DNA of 64,000 nt from Coraliomargarita sp. (GTDB lineage: Bacteria; Verrucomicrobiota; Verrucomicrobiia; Opitutales; Coraliomargaritaceae): assembly GCA_965216325.1 (NCBI GenBank), contig OZ244160.1, positions 2,016,001 to 2,080,000 of the forward strand, read 5' to 3'. Below the pieces are notes generated by a model. It saw only the letters and a program-made list of their open reading frames with translations, ran no database searches and was not told the DNA's origin. Below, piece by piece: positions 11,527 to 22,901 of the stretch (its first letter is position 1; each line of letters begins with the position of its first letter). Made by a program: the position numbers and the translations under genes.

Positions 11527-13176
11527 ATGCCTTCTGCTACAAAATCTCCTTTCTCGCCAACGACTGTTCCGTGGCCTGAATTGATTGAAAAACCTCCTAT
11601 GAATTTGCTCGCCAATAGCCCAAGTGCGCTTAGCTGCCAGAAGGCCGCTGAATTTGAATCTCAAGTCCTGAGTAATGAGGCGGCCGCATGGACGGCGATG
11701 AAGCAGGCGGGGCGAGGCATCGCGAGTGCGGTGCAGTTGGACTTCCAAGAACTTCGGGAAGTGCCGCAATACATGCAGATTCTGGTGTTGGTCGGCAAGG
11801 GGAACAACGGTGGCGACGCTTTGATCGCCTGTGGCGAGTTGCTGGCTGACTACCCGCGTGCCAGTGCGACGCTCTTGTTGTTGGAGTCGCCGGATGAGAT
11901 GTCACCGTTGGCGCAGCGCGCGCTGAATCAACTTGAAGGACGTGTGCGCACACATCAGCCGGATTTGTCGAATGGAGCTGAGTCCATCCATCGTTTGCTG
12001 GACAAGATCAGTGATGGCAAGGGCTTTGAAATTTGCATTGATGGTTTGCTGGGGATGGCCTTCAAGGCGCCGCTGCGCGACCATGCTCGTGTGTTGATCA
12101 CGGCCATCAATAGTTATGCCGCGATCGAGCTCCGTGCTGCAGTGGACTTGCCCTCGGGTAAGGGCGATGTCTCGGATGAGATTTACTTTCAAGCAGACTT
12201 CACCTACGCGACTGGTATTCCAAAGTTGCCGATCTTCGATGGTGCGTCGAGTTCGGGGCGGATTCGCACCATTGATCTGGGATTTTATCAGGCAGGTGTG
12301 GATGTGCCCGAGGCGGTTGAGCATGTGCTGAGTGATGATATCCTGCAGCCGCTGCGTCGTCTACGTCATGCGGCGTCGGATAAGCGTGTGTTTGGGCATC
12401 TATTTATTGTAGGTGGTTCGGCGCATATGCCGGGTGCCTTGTTGATGGCGGTGCAAGCTGCCGTGCGCTCCGGGGTGGGGCGGGTGACTGCGTTTGCGCC
12501 TGCTTCAGTTGTGAGTTCCTTGGCGGGGCAGGTGCCTGAAGCGATGTGGGTGCCATGGCCGGAGACCCCGGCTGGCACATTGAATCCACGTGCTATGTCC
12601 TTACTGCTGGATCGCGTTGAGTATGCCGATGCAATTGTTGTGGGTCCTGGTATGGGCCGTGATCGCAATACGGAGCTGGTTGCTCAGGAAATCGTTAAGC
12701 TGGTCGATTGTCCGGTGGTGTTGGATGCCGACGCCCTGCGTGAAAAGGTAATCGATTTTTCCCGGAAACGTCGTGCCCATCAGGGGCCGGTGGTCGTGAC
12801 CCCGCACATGGGTGAGTATATGCGTATGGCCAAGCTGTCGGAGCCGGATTGGTCGAGCAGAGGGCTTATTGCCTTCTGCAAGTCTTACAATTGCCATGCG
12901 GTGTTGAAGGGCCCGCTCACGCAGGTTTGCGATGGCAAGAAGATTTACATCAATACATTTGGTGGTCCGGTGCTCTCGCGTGGAGGCAGTGGTGATCTAC
13001 TTGTCGGCCTAATTGGCGGTATGATCGCGCAGGATTTCGAACAGGTTGCCGACGCAATTGGGCGAGGCTTGGTGTTACACGGATCGGCTGCGGAGCGACT
13101 CGCACGTGAGTTTGGGCAGGTCGCGGTGCATACCACGCGCTTGCTGGAATTCCTGCCCGCAGTTTTGCGAGGCTAG
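11527..13176 (+). CDS. nnr: bifunctional NAD(P)H-hydrate epimerase/dehydratase (YjeF)
   Basis: GKGNNGGDA, AVDLPSG, GPGMG, VLDADAL, TPHMGE, GGSGDLL. Confidence 0.93.
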   Translation: MPSATKSPFSPTTVPWPELIEKPPMNLLANSPSALSCQKAAEFESQVLSNEAAAWTAMKQAGRGIASAVQLDFQELREVPQYMQILVLVGKGNNGGDALIACGELLADYPRASATLLLLESPDEMSPLAQRALNQLEGRVRTHQPDLSNGAESIHRLLDKISDGKGFEICIDGLLGMAFKAPLRDHARVLITAINSYAAIELRAAVDLPSGKGDVSDEIYFQADFTYATGIPKLPIFDGASSSGRIRTIDLGFYQAGVDVPEAVEHVLSDDILQPLRRLRHAASDKRVFGHLFIVGGSAHMPGALLMAVQAAVRSGVGRVTAFAPASVVSSLAGQVPEAMWVPWPETPAGTLNPRAMSLLLDRVEYADAIVVGPGMGRDRNTELVAQEIVKLVDCPVVLDADALREKVIDFSRKRRAHQGPVVVTPHMGEYMRMAKLSEPDWSSRGLIAFCKSYNCHAVLKGPLTQVCDGKKIYINTFGGPVLSRGGSGDLLVGLIGGMIAQDFEQVADAIGRGLVLHGSAAERLAREFGQVAVHTTRLLEFLPAVLRG

Positions 13177-13183
13177 GTAAAGG

Positions 13184-13254
13184 GTAGGGCTCGTTATCCT
13201 TAACGAGCCGTTTACAGTTAAATGGGGCGGTTCGATAGGGATATCGAACCCTAC
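13184..13254. repeat. GTAG REPIN (family D)
   Basis: GTAGGGCTCGTTATCCTTAACGAGCCG...CGGTTCGATAGGGATATCGAACCCTAC; first arm repeated at 20851-20877. Confidence 0.82.
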
Positions 13255-13331
13255 CCTTTAATTTGCTGTTAAAGTTTTGAAAATAATCAACTTTAAGTTG
13301 CGTTAGCTATTTTTGTGGAGATCGTGGTGGT

Positions 13332-14456
13332 ATGTCTACTGGTCTCAGTCAGGCGCAGGCGCTTATGGTTCTCAATGCATTGCCGCATGTCGGTCCGGTG
13401 TTGTTGCGGCGACTGATGGATGCGTATGCGGGTGATGCGGTGGCGGTCTTGAATAGCAGTGCGACTAAGTTGACCTCAGTCAAGGGAGTCGGCGACAAGG
13501 CAGCTGAGACTTTAATGGCGTGGTCGGGACGCTTTGATCTCGCGAAGGAGGAGTCGGCTCTGGCGGCTAAAGGAACACGTTTCATAACGCAGCATTGCGC
13601 GGACTTTCCGGAGATGCTGCGCGAGACTTACGATCCGCCGATTGGATTGTATTGGCAGGGTGAATACACCGTGGATCGGCCATGTGTGGCGATTGTAGGT
13701 ACGCGTAAGGCGACACTCTATGGCTTGAGTGTGGCGCGGAAGTTTGGCGCGGAGTTGGCCAAGCTTGGTTTCTGCATCGTCAGTGGTATGGCGCGGGGCA
13801 CGGATACCGCTGCGCATGAAGGTGCACTCAGTGTTGGCGGAAAAACAGTCGCAGTATTCGGATGTGGCTTGGATATCATTTATCCGCCCGAGAATTTAGA
13901 GCTCTACCGTGAAATTGTTGCCAGCGGTGCGGTGGCGAGTGAGTTTCCTTTCGGTCGTCGCGCGGATCGACAGACCTTCCCCATGCGCAATCGCGTGGTT
14001 GCGGGCATGTCCGAAGCTGTGATCGTGATCGAAAGTGATAAGGCGGGCGGCAGTATGATTACGGCGCGCTTTGCCGGGGAGCAGGGGCGGCAGCTGCTTG
14101 CAGTTCCGGGGCGCATTGACCAAGCGAGCAGTGCAGGCTGTCATCAGCTGATTCGTGATGGCGCCACCATGGTCACCTCAGTGGACGACATTCTAGAGGA
14201 GTTGCGTTACCGCCGAGTGGAGCCCCAGGAGCAGGAGTTGGATTTGGGTGAGGTTTCTCAGTCAGCACCTCCTGCAAATCTGAGTGCGGACGAACAGCAG
14301 GTGTTGGAGATGTTCCGTGGTGGCTCGCTCTTCTCGCCGGATGCATTGGCTGAGCAACTCGGCAAGCCGATCCCAATGGTCTCAGCGGCACTGATGGGCT
14401 TGGAGTTGAAGCGACGCATCGTGAAACGTGCGGATGGTCGTTTTGAGGCGAGATAA
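13332..14456 (+). CDS. dprA: DNA-processing protein DprA
   Basis: VAIVGTR, IVSGMARGTD, FPMRNRVV, C-terminal winged helix. Confidence 0.95.
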   Translation: MSTGLSQAQALMVLNALPHVGPVLLRRLMDAYAGDAVAVLNSSATKLTSVKGVGDKAAETLMAWSGRFDLAKEESALAAKGTRFITQHCADFPEMLRETYDPPIGLYWQGEYTVDRPCVAIVGTRKATLYGLSVARKFGAELAKLGFCIVSGMARGTDTAAHEGALSVGGKTVAVFGCGLDIIYPPENLELYREIVASGAVASEFPFGRRADRQTFPMRNRVVAGMSEAVIVIESDKAGGSMITARFAGEQGRQLLAVPGRIDQASSAGCHQLIRDGATMVTSVDDILEELRYRRVEPQEQELDLGEVSQSAPPANLSADEQQVLEMFRGGSLFSPDALAEQLGKPIPMVSAALMGLELKRRIVKRADGRFEAR

Positions 14457-14478
14457 GTGGAGGGTGATTTTAATTGTG

Positions 14479-14570
14479 GCCCGCGAAGTCACGCTAAGAA
14501 ACGCGAAGCTTGCAGTGGACTTAACAATGGATGGGAAACTTTAGCGTATTCTTCGCGAACCTTCGCGGGC
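14479..14570. repeat. degenerate ACGCGAA-type inverted repeat
   Basis: GCCCGCGAAG..ACGCTAAG..ACGCGAAG / TTTAGCGT..TTCGCGAA..CTTCGCGGGC. Confidence 0.6.
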
Positions 14571-14618
14571 AATTTTTACGCAGTTGCGTGTTGAGTTGTT
14601 TACTGCTGAATCGTCTCT

Positions 14619-15365
14619 GTGAATTTAATCCTCTTTAATGAGCCCTTTGAGCAAACCCGCTTGGAAGCGGACGACCCGCGTGCGAAGCACATCCGAAAAG
14701 TGCTGCGTGCCCAGGTCGGGACCAAAGTTTTTCTTGGCTTTGTGAATGGTCTGCGTGCTCGCGCAGAGGTGGCAGCACTGCCGGAGGATGGATCGGTCTT
14801 TCTTGAAGTGGTGGGCACCGAGGCGGCACCGAAACCACTGCCGATTACTTTGCTGATTGGCCTACCTCGACCCCACACCGCAAAACGAATTCTCTTCGAG
14901 GCGGCGAGTCTTGGGGTGCAGAAGATGTTCTTCTTCGAAGCGGAGCGAGGTGAGCCTTCGTATGCGCAGAGTAGTCTATGGACCAGCAATGAGTGGCAGG
15001 AGCGCCTGCACTTGGGGGTGGAGCAATCGTTTGGCACGCATATTCCGGAGGTGGCGATGTTTCCCGATCTACAGACTGCCCTCAGCATGCTTTACGAGGT
15101 GCCAGTTCGTGTCGCTTTGGACAATTACGAAGCTGCTGGATCGCTGAATGCGACTTTGCCGGAATCCGCCGATTCGCTGGTGCTGGCTTTTGGGCCGGAG
15201 CGTGGCTGGTCGCCGAACGAGCGTGATTCCCTCCGTAACAATGGCTGGAAACTCGCGCACCTTGGCCCACATGTCTTGCGTGCCGAGACCGCGACGGTTG
15301 CTGCAGTGAGCGCTGCTGCCGCACCGCTTGGCTATTGGCAGGAGCAGACCGCCACCGAGCTCTAA
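14619..15365 (+). CDS. rsmE: 16S rRNA m3U1498 methyltransferase
   Basis: HIRKVLR, FGPERGWS, LGPHVLRAETA. Confidence 0.9.
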   Translation: MNLILFNEPFEQTRLEADDPRAKHIRKVLRAQVGTKVFLGFVNGLRARAEVAALPEDGSVFLEVVGTEAAPKPLPITLLIGLPRPHTAKRILFEAASLGVQKMFFFEAERGEPSYAQSSLWTSNEWQERLHLGVEQSFGTHIPEVAMFPDLQTALSMLYEVPVRVALDNYEAAGSLNATLPESADSLVLAFGPERGWSPNERDSLRNNGWKLAHLGPHVLRAETATVAAVSAAAAPLGYWQEQTATEL

Positions 15366-16315
15366 GACTGCTGAATCAGCTTTAGGTCAGGGCGGAGCTT
15401 GAGCACAGCATACAGTTGTTGCTCATTGGCAAATGAAAGCCCAGTTGACAGTGCATCCGCTTCAGTCGCGGTTGGCGCGATCACACTTAGGCTGCTCCAT
15501 TGGGTTGTCGGGCGCCCGGTCTTGGGATGAATCAGGTGATGGAAACGTCCATCGTTGGAGAAGGTGCTGCCATAGCCACCGCTGGTGGCAAGGGCTTGGT
15601 TATCGAGCTCGGCGACATCGAAGAATTGGGTTGAGTTCGTGGCTTTTTGGATGCCGATATTCCAGGGGCGCTGTTCTGGGTGTGGCCCGATGGCGCGAGT
15701 TTCGCCGAGTTCAACAAGCACATTGCGATAGCCTGTTTCGTGGAGGATTTCGGTTACGCGGTCGGTGATGTAGCCTTGTGCAATGCCATTAAGGCTGAGT
15801 TGCACACCTGCTTGTGCGAAGCGGACCTGCTTGGTGTCGAACTCGACATGATGCCAGCCAACTCGTGCAAGCGGCGCTTCAAGGCCTTGGTTGTTTGGCC
15901 CGGTTGTTCGCTCAGGTGCTTGCTTGAAGTGTTTGGCGTAGGCCTCCCAAAGGGGCTGAATGGTTGGATCGAACAGCCCATCTGTTAGGCGATTCGCGGA
16001 CTCGACCGACTGAAGGATGGCATGCCAGTCGTTGGACGCATTGAGGAGGATTCCGTTGTGGTTGAGTCGGCGTATCTCGGAGTCTTCCTGATAGAGACTG
16101 AATACGGACTCGAGGCGATGGATCTCAGCGGTGCAGCGATCAAGCACGGCCTGTGCTTTGGCTGGCTGATCGGTGTAGAGTGTGAAACTGCCTTCGGCGC
16201 CCATCGTATAGCCCGACCATGTGACGGGTTGCAGCGTGCTCGCTTGTGCCGCACGGCTGAGGCTTAGGCCAGCAGAACTGGTCGCGAGAATCTGAATGAA
16301 GCGTCGGCGGTTCAT
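15362..16315 (-). CDS. apbE: FAD:protein FMN transferase (ApbE) with Tat signal
   Basis: RRRF Tat motif, FDPTIQPL, LNGIAQGY, ATSGGYG, HHLIHPKTG, ADALST. Confidence 0.93.
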   Translation of the reverse strand: MNRRRFIQILATSSAGLSLSRAAQASTLQPVTWSGYTMGAEGSFTLYTDQPAKAQAVLDRCTAEIHRLESVFSLYQEDSEIRRLNHNGILLNASNDWHAILQSVESANRLTDGLFDPTIQPLWEAYAKHFKQAPERTTGPNNQGLEAPLARVGWHHVEFDTKQVRFAQAGVQLSLNGIAQGYITDRVTEILHETGYRNVLVELGETRAIGPHPEQRPWNIGIQKATNSTQFFDVAELDNQALATSGGYGSTFSNDGRFHHLIHPKTGRPTTQWSSLSVIAPTATEADALSTGLSFANEQQLYAVLKLRPDLKLIQQS

Positions 16316-16317
16316 AC

Positions 16318-17084
16318 TTATTGGGCGGCTCCGTAACGTGGTTTGCGACGAGACTTACGGAGCCAGCCGCCGATGCCAGAGGCAACTAGGAGCAAGATCG
16401 CAATCGCGGTGAGGTCCATGAGGGTGCGGCCACCCCAGCCGAAGAGTCGTCCTGCGTGTAAATCGAGGAGGACGCGATACAGTGTGACGCCTTCGCCTTG
16501 GAAGCTTTTGAGTAGTTGTGCGCGTGCCTCGTCGCTAAGCTTAATCTTGGGGAGTGCGGCGACTTGGTAGCTGCCGGAATAGGGCGTGAAGTCGAGCCAG
16601 TTGCTGTCGGTGCTGTAGCTGCCCTCTGAGCTTGCTAGGATCGCATGTCCTTCCGGGGCAGTGCCGAGCGCAGTTAGATCCGGAAAGGGGAGCTGCTCGA
16701 TGGAGATGCTTTCGATTAGTTCGCCAGTCGGAGTGATATAAATGAGGCGTTTGGGACAGGCGATGACGGTGATCGGCTCACCTTCCAGAATGCCAATGGG
16801 TTGCTCGCCTGTGGAGAGGGGCTTGGAGTTGTAGAAAAGCTGCCCTGCAATAGATGACAGTGTATTGGAACCGTGGATACGGTAGCTCTGAATGCTGGAT
16901 TCGCTCTCCATCCCGTAGCGTTTCAGAATCAATCCATTGCGTACTTGAATTTGGTTCAGTCCGAGGCGCTCAGTGTGATTGAGGATGAGGCCCGTCACCG
17001 AGAGCACGACGAGAAAGAATGCTGCGGCGAGGCCCATCCAGCGGTGCCAGGCAAGGATGGTGCGCTTGCGTGGGAGTTGGAAGT

Positions 17085-17088
<4 letters not shown>
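16318..17088 (-). CDS. PepSY-associated TM-helix protein
   Basis: WHRWMG...TGLILNH at the N-terminus and DLHAGRLFG at the C-terminus (conserved His). Confidence 0.85.
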
Positions 17089-17672
<584 letters not shown>

Positions 17673-17686
17673 GAAGGATTCTTACC

Positions 17687-17724
17687 AAAAAAGCCGGTGC
17701 TCACACTGACTGCAAGCACCGGCT
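17687..17724 (-). terminator. intrinsic terminator after the porin gene
   Basis: AGCCGGTGCT/AGCACCGGCT stem followed by T6 on the minus strand. Confidence 0.75.
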
Positions 17725-17746
17725 CGGATAAACACACTATGAAAGT

Positions 17747-19057
17747 TTAGAATTGGTAGCCGAAACCAAGGTTCCAAGCGTAGTCACCTTTGGTGCCGAG
17801 CTTGTCGGATTCGGAGATGTCTTGGATGTCGAGCTTGAAGACGACGTTCTCAACAGGCCAGTAGTTGATGCCGGCTTCGATGATGTCGTTTTCAACTAAG
17901 CCGCCGTCTTTTTCGCGGAAGTAATCGAACTGACTGTAGCGGGCATAGATGCCTAGTTCGCCATACTTCTCGCTAAAGCGCCAGCGGTAGGATGGTTCGA
18001 TGAAGAAGCCTTCTTGCTCTTCCGCGTCGGAGTCGATGTCGCCGCTTAGGTCCCAGCGTGCATAGAGCGCCTTGATCTGGAAGTTGTCCCAGCCATAGAT
18101 GACGTGCGCAGTGCTGAGCAGGCCGGAGTAGTCCTCGTCTGTGCTTTGGTCGAGGTCGTCTTGGTAGAAGAGGGAACCTGCGAGCTCAAGACCAGCGATA
18201 CCTGTGTATTTTACGCGGCCAGTGATTGCAGCTTCTTCGAGAGGTGCTTGAGAGACCTTTTGGCGGCCGCCACGGATGTAACCGGTGTCGCCGTCGGTAT
18301 CCAGACCTGATGTAATCGCGCCGTCGACAGCAACTCCGTTTGAGAATGCGTAGCTAGCCTTTGCGCCACCTTCCCACCATGTGGTCGGGATGATGTATTT
18401 TTCGACGTTGTTACGCTCAACACCATAGAAGGTGTTTGGCTCGTGGGTTTCGTTGGTAATGCCAATTGGCAGAATGAAGAGGCCGGTGTCGGTGCTGAAC
18501 TGATCGGTCCAGTCCATGCGGACGAAGGCTTGTTCAAGCTCAACCTCACCGTTCTTGTCGTCGCCGGAGAGGCTGTGCTCAAGCTCAAGCTCGGTGTAAA
18601 GCGTGATCCAGTCGTTGTATTCGTGGTTTACGAAGAGCACGAAGCGGTGGAAGTCGATTTCGTTGTCAGCATCTTCGTAGAAATTCGCGTGGAGTTCACC
18701 GTAACCACCGACAGAAGTCTTTTCCCACCAGCCGCCTGCGAAGGCAGAGCCAGCTTCTTCGACGGCGAGTGTGGTTGCTTCAAGCTGCTGTTGTGTGGAC
18801 TTGAGCTCTTCGCGAGCTGCGCTGGCTTCAGCCTTGGCTGCGCTGGCTTCGGCCTTCGCGGCTGCGATCTCGGTGCTAGAGGCGGTGACTGCCTGCTGGT
18901 TGTTTTTGATCAGCGCAGTCAGCTCTTCGATTTGCTTCTGTTGCATCTGGATGATCTTCCACATCTCTGCTTGAGAGGGCATTTCATCCGCAGGGAGCGG
19001 TAATGCGCAGGTCACGCCAAGAATGGCGGTGATCAGGAGAGTTTTGAGTTTATTCAT
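17747..19057 (-). CDS. outer-membrane porin with N-terminal coiled coil
   Basis: Signal peptide, coiled coil, GGYGELH, ELELEH, VELEQAF, HEPNTFYGVERN, terminal GYQF. Confidence 0.85.
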   Translation of the reverse strand: MNKLKTLLITAILGVTCALPLPADEMPSQAEMWKIIQMQQKQIEELTALIKNNQQAVTASSTEIAAAKAEASAAKAEASAAREELKSTQQQLEATTLAVEEAGSAFAGGWWEKTSVGGYGELHANFYEDADNEIDFHRFVLFVNHEYNDWITLYTELELEHSLSGDDKNGEVELEQAFVRMDWTDQFSTDTGLFILPIGITNETHEPNTFYGVERNNVEKYIIPTTWWEGGAKASYAFSNGVAVDGAITSGLDTDGDTGYIRGGRQKVSQAPLEEAAITGRVKYTGIAGLELAGSLFYQDDLDQSTDEDYSGLLSTAHVIYGWDNFQIKALYARWDLSGDIDSDAEEQEGFFIEPSYRWRFSEKYGELGIYARYSQFDYFREKDGGLVENDIIEAGINYWPVENVVFKLDIQDISESDKLGTKGDYAWNLGFGYQF

Positions 19058-19091
19058 GAGATTGTTGTCTAGTTTGTAAAATTAGACGAAC

Positions 19092-19149
19092 AAACTACCA
19101 GAAGGTGGCTTGGTATTTCTGCCCCATTTGGGAGCAAAAATACCCGAAA
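19092..19149 (-). promoter_or_regulatory. conserved activator-type promoter P1 (porin operon)
   Basis: TTTCGGGTATTTTTGCTCCCAAATGGGGCAGAAAT-N17-TAGTTT; shared with 28343-28401 and 30386-30444. Confidence 0.7.
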
Positions 19150-19232
19150 ACGTGAAAATACCCCGAACGGGGGCATTGGGAGACAGAGTATTCTCTCGGT
19201 TATCTGATACCGAATGGAATAAGATTTGGAAT

Positions 19233-19381
19233 GGTAGCGCAGCCGCGTCCTCGCGGCGCACCGTAAGGTTGGGGGGGGCGGTAGGCTAGGGGCTACGGCC
19301 GTTTGGGCAGGTTCAAGGTCCTGCGTGTGTCGAATGGCTGGGCAGTGTCCTGATGCGGAGCCGGAGGCTCCTGCGCTACCT
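19233..19381. repeat. GTAG REPIN (family A)
   Basis: GGTAGCGCAGCCGCGTCCTCGCGGCGCACC...GGAGCCGGAGGCTCCTGCGCTACCT. Confidence 0.85.
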
Positions 19382-19478
19382 TTTTGAGAGCGCCAGCGCT
19401 ATCAAAACTGCAATCTAACAAAGTCAGACCTTTCTTGAAGTGGTATAGGCGGCAACGACGGAGCGTTGCCCTCCATTT

Positions 19479-20831
19479 TTACTGAGCAGCGACCACCTTT
19501 TCGATGCTGGCCATGAATTGGGCGACATCGGGGCGTTTCTTGATGCGCTGGCTTTTCTGTAAGTGCTTCAAGGCTTCTTTGAATTTGGCCTGTGCGACGT
19601 CGGTGCGAGCGAGGCCGATAAGGGCGTTGATCTGTGCTTCGGGTACGGAGGTGGCGCGCTCAAAATAGAAGGTGGCTTCTTCGTAGGCGTCGCGGTTGAG
19701 CTGCACTTCGGCCATGAGCAGGAGGGCATCGCCATGTAGCGGTTGTTCCTTGAGGATGCCTTCCAGTTGAGCGAGGCCCTGTTCCGCGTCGCCTGTAGCG
19801 ATTTGTAGTTGTGCATCGAATACACGTTTTTCGGCCATTTGCTCTGGGCTAAGTGTCGATGTTAGCTTGCGTTCGATTAGGTCGAGATACTCGCGAGCTT
19901 CGGCATAGAGACTGAGTTGCATCAAGCGGCGCAGTGGCTTGAGTGCTTGTTCCGGTTTCGCGTTGGGATCCTGTTGGAGAGCCGATTTGTAATTATTCAG
20001 TGCGAGATTGTAGGCATCCACGCTGAGATAGAGGTCGCCGAGCAGGCTGAGGCTGGAGGCGGCTGGTGGTTGAACGCTATGTGCTATCTCCAGATTGGCG
20101 ATGGCATCGCTGAGCTGCTCTTGCGAGAGGTAGCCGTTGGCTTGGAAGAGCCAGAAGTCTTGTTCGTTCGGGTTTTCCGCGATCAATTCGTCGAACAGTG
20201 CAATGGCGGGGCCGATTTGCTCGGTCATCAGTAAGCACTGGGCTTCACCGCGGCGCACGTCGAGGCTGTCGGGAAGAAACATGCGGGCGAGTTGGTAGGC
20301 ACTGAGTGCGGACTGATACTTTTCCTGAGTGAGGTAGGCGTAGGCGAGCATGCTGTAGCTCTGGCCGTCGCCGCCACCGAGTTCGATCACACGCAGCAGG
20401 TGCTTGATGGCATCGTTGCTGCGGTCTTGTTGAATGTAGATTAGCGAGAGGTTGCGGTGTGCGCGGCGGAAGTCCGGGAACTTCTTGAGCGCGGCTTTCA
20501 AGTAGGTGGCTGCGCTGCTGTAGTTGCCTTGGGTGTAGTAGAGGCTGCCGACCAAGTAATCGAAGGCGGCATTGCTGTCGGCGGTGATGCCTTGCTTCGC
20601 CAGCTCGATGGCCTTGCTGGCGTTGTTCTTTAAATACGGCTCAATCGATTCGTAGAGTGGGCGGTCCTCCTGAGAGAGTTTGGGCTCGATCGCGGAGTTG
20701 ATGCCGAAGCTGCCGTAGAAGCGCTGCTTGAATTCAGGGCTGCCGGGATTGGTGTCGACCAAGTCAAAGGTAGGCGATGCATGGAGCGAAACTACGAGCG
20801 TGCTGGTGATAATGAGGATGTTGCGGATCAT
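19479..20831 (-). CDS. periplasmic tetratricopeptide-repeat protein of the TonB system
   Basis: Signal peptide, multiple TPR-like helical repeats, last gene of the tonB cluster. Confidence 0.88.
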   Translation of the reverse strand: MIRNILIITSTLVVSLHASPTFDLVDTNPGSPEFKQRFYGSFGINSAIEPKLSQEDRPLYESIEPYLKNNASKAIELAKQGITADSNAAFDYLVGSLYYTQGNYSSAATYLKAALKKFPDFRRAHRNLSLIYIQQDRSNDAIKHLLRVIELGGGDGQSYSMLAYAYLTQEKYQSALSAYQLARMFLPDSLDVRRGEAQCLLMTEQIGPAIALFDELIAENPNEQDFWLFQANGYLSQEQLSDAIANLEIAHSVQPPAASSLSLLGDLYLSVDAYNLALNNYKSALQQDPNAKPEQALKPLRRLMQLSLYAEAREYLDLIERKLTSTLSPEQMAEKRVFDAQLQIATGDAEQGLAQLEGILKEQPLHGDALLLMAEVQLNRDAYEEATFYFERATSVPEAQINALIGLARTDVAQAKFKEALKHLQKSQRIKKRPDVAQFMASIEKVVAAQ

Positions 20832-20892
20832 TTTGAAACGTGGTCAGAAGGTAGGGCTCGTTATCCTTAACGAGCCGTTGTGCTGTGGGCGG

Positions 20893-20949
20893 AGACCCCT
20901 CCCATCTGGCAAGCAGATGACCTCCCCTTGGCAGGGGAGCAGCTTTCTT
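20893..20949. repeat. ACCCC..CTCCCC..GGGGAG-type hairpin repeat, copy 1
   Basis: Near-identical to 34754-34810. Confidence 0.8.
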
Positions 20950-21002
20950 GGAAACTGTAATGAGTGGTGCCTGTGGACATGATAAACGTATTCGAAAATT
21001 AA

Positions 21003-21668
21003 CTACGGTGCGCGGAGCACGATGGGCCACTCGCCGCGCACGGGCTTGGGTTCACCATTGACGGTGGGGGGTGTGAAGCGGGCCTGACGGATGACGTCTT
21101 TGGCGGCGGGAATGAGTCCGGGGTCAGTTGCTGAAATGACCTCGAGCACTCTGGCGCGGCCTTTCGGGTCAATGAGAATTTTGACGACGACACGGCCTTC
21201 GCGGACGCCCTTGCGGATCAGGTCTCGCGGGTAGCTGATACGTGGGCGATTAATGATGCGCGGAGCGCTTTGCAGGTCAGCGAAAGTAAACAGCTTTTGA
21301 ATGTCGCCGACGGCGTTGACCTCGGTGCTGAAGCCACCGTTGCTGACACCCATTCTAATGGCGTCGCCGATGCTTGGGTTGAGTGAGAGCTCAAGCTGAC
21401 TGAGGCTGAAATCTTGAAATTGCTCTTCGAATTCAGGCTTCGGTTCGGGCTCGCTTTGCAGAACTTCTTCGGGTGCAGGCGGCGTGACGACCGGTGCGGG
21501 CGGTGTAATGGTAACCGCTTCGCGGAAATCCAACATCTGGCTGCGCTGGCTATCCAGATGTTGCGTGATCGGGATGAGCAGAAAGACCAACAGCGCGAGC
21601 ACGATGGAGCCACCGAGTGCAATGGGCACACGGGCTTTGGTCTCTGCTGCTGGTAATGTGCTGCTCAT
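21003..21668 (-). CDS. tonB: energy transducer TonB
   Basis: N-terminal TM, Pro-rich linker, C-terminal YP...EGRVVVKILID..G...FTP. Confidence 0.9.
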   Translation of the reverse strand: MSSTLPAAETKARVPIALGGSIVLALLVFLLIPITQHLDSQRSQMLDFREAVTITPPAPVVTPPAPEEVLQSEPEPKPEFEEQFQDFSLSQLELSLNPSIGDAIRMGVSNGGFSTEVNAVGDIQKLFTFADLQSAPRIINRPRISYPRDLIRKGVREGRVVVKILIDPKGRARVLEVISATDPGLIPAAKDVIRQARFTPPTVNGEPKPVRGEWPIVLRAP

Positions 21669-21674
21669 GGATTG

Positions 21675-21783
21675 TTGAACCGTTAATTGACGCTAATTGA
21701 CGTTAATTTTTCTTGCTGGATCGTGATGCTAGAAATTCGTGCTGTCCTCTGTCCTCTGTCCTCTGTCCTCTGTCCTCTGTCCT
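21675..21783. repeat. composite repeat: 41-bp AATTGACG unit + (CTGTCCT)6, copy 2
   Basis: 39/41 identical to 1845-1885, followed by 6 heptamers at 21742-21783. Confidence 0.9.
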
Positions 21784-22190
21784 TATCGAGTGGTCGCTAG
21801 ATGAATACTGTCGGCTCCTGCCAGTGCCGCTTCGTCGTGCACTTTGGTGTAGAGTTCTACAGAGGCAGACTTGTCTGCTTGAATGATGACGGGCATGTCG
21901 GGCTCGCGTTGGAGGAGGCGCTTTACGGTGCCGCGCACGCCGTTGCTGCCGATCTCGTTGCCGCCGTAGACAACTTTGCCGTCTTCAGTGATCGCGATCA
22001 GGATGGAGTTCTTTTCCAGATCGGTGGCGGATGCGGCTTCGGGGCGCTGGACATCGACACCGGTTTCTTCGACGAAGACGGTGGTGACGATGAAGAAGAT
22101 TAATAGGATGAAGACGATATCGATCAAGGGCGAGACGTTGATTTCGTCGGCCTTCTGCGATTGGGAGAAAATGAGTCTGCGTGATTTCAT
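21783..22190 (-). CDS. exbD: biopolymer transporter ExbD
   Basis: [26 protein letters not shown]. Confidence 0.93.
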   Translation of the reverse strand: MKSRRLIFSQSQKADEINVSPLIDIVFILLIFFIVTTVFVEETGVDVQRPEAASATDLEKNSILIAITEDGKVVYGGNEIGSNGVRGTVKRLLQREPDMPVIIQADKSASVELYTKVHDEAALAGADSIHLATTR

Positions 22191-22783
22191 CTGGAGGCGA
22201 GGGTCACGTTGTAATATTCGAGGCGCGCGATGCAGCGTTCGAGCTGGTTGCGGCGTTGGATGATAAAGGACAGCACGACGAGTGCTGGAATCGAGACCAG
22301 TAAGCCTGTCTGTGTGGTGATCAGGGCTTCGGAGATGCCTTCGATCATGTTGTCAAATTTGGTGCCGCTTTCGGCGACCATGCCGCTGAAGGTTGCAAGC
22401 ATTCCGGTGACCGTGCCGAGCAGGCCGACGAGTGGACCGGCGGTGATCACAATCGCAAGAAAGCGAATACGGCGGTTGATGGTCGGCAGGTATTCCTGGC
22501 GCACTTCCTGAAAGTGGCGGCGCACTTCGATGGTGGATTGCGGGTCGGGTAGAATCAGGCCGCGTAAGATGCTGTGCTGGATGTTGACCTCTTTGCTAAT
22601 GTCCTCGTCGGAGAGTCGGTAGACTTTACTGCGCAGCAGGAAATGCAGGCGTAGGCGCAGGTAAAGATCCAGTGCGGTGTAATACATGAAGACCGCGAGC
22701 ACGAATAGGGGCAGCATCAACCAGCCACCGTCGGTCCAGACGGTGAGGGCTTCTTGGTATAGACTGCTTGGGCTGTCGAGCAT
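22187..22783 (-). CDS. exbB: MotA/TolQ/ExbB proton channel
   Basis: [25 protein letters not shown]. Confidence 0.9.
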   Translation of the reverse strand: MLDSPSSLYQEALTVWTDGGWLMLPLFVLAVFMYYTALDLYLRLRLHFLLRSKVYRLSDEDISKEVNIQHSILRGLILPDPQSTIEVRRHFQEVRQEYLPTINRRIRFLAIVITAGPLVGLLGTVTGMLATFSGMVAESGTKFDNMIEGISEALITTQTGLLVSIPALVVLSFIIQRRNQLERCIARLEYYNVTLASR

Positions 22784-22790
22784 TGTATGG

Positions 22791-22883
22791 GTGCGGAGCG
22801 GGACGCTCCTGCGCTACCTTTGATTTGTTTCTTGTAGGGCTCGTGCTTGCACGATGCCGGCGCTTTGCAAGCAAAGGCCCTAC
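22791..22883. repeat. adjacent family A REP arm and family C REPIN
   Basis: GCGGAGCGGGACGCTCCTGCGCTACCT (22793-22819); GTAGGGCTCGTGCTTGC...GCAAGCAAAGGCCCTAC (22834-22883). Confidence 0.8.
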
Positions 22884-22901
22884 GGTTGAGTTTTAATGAG
22901 A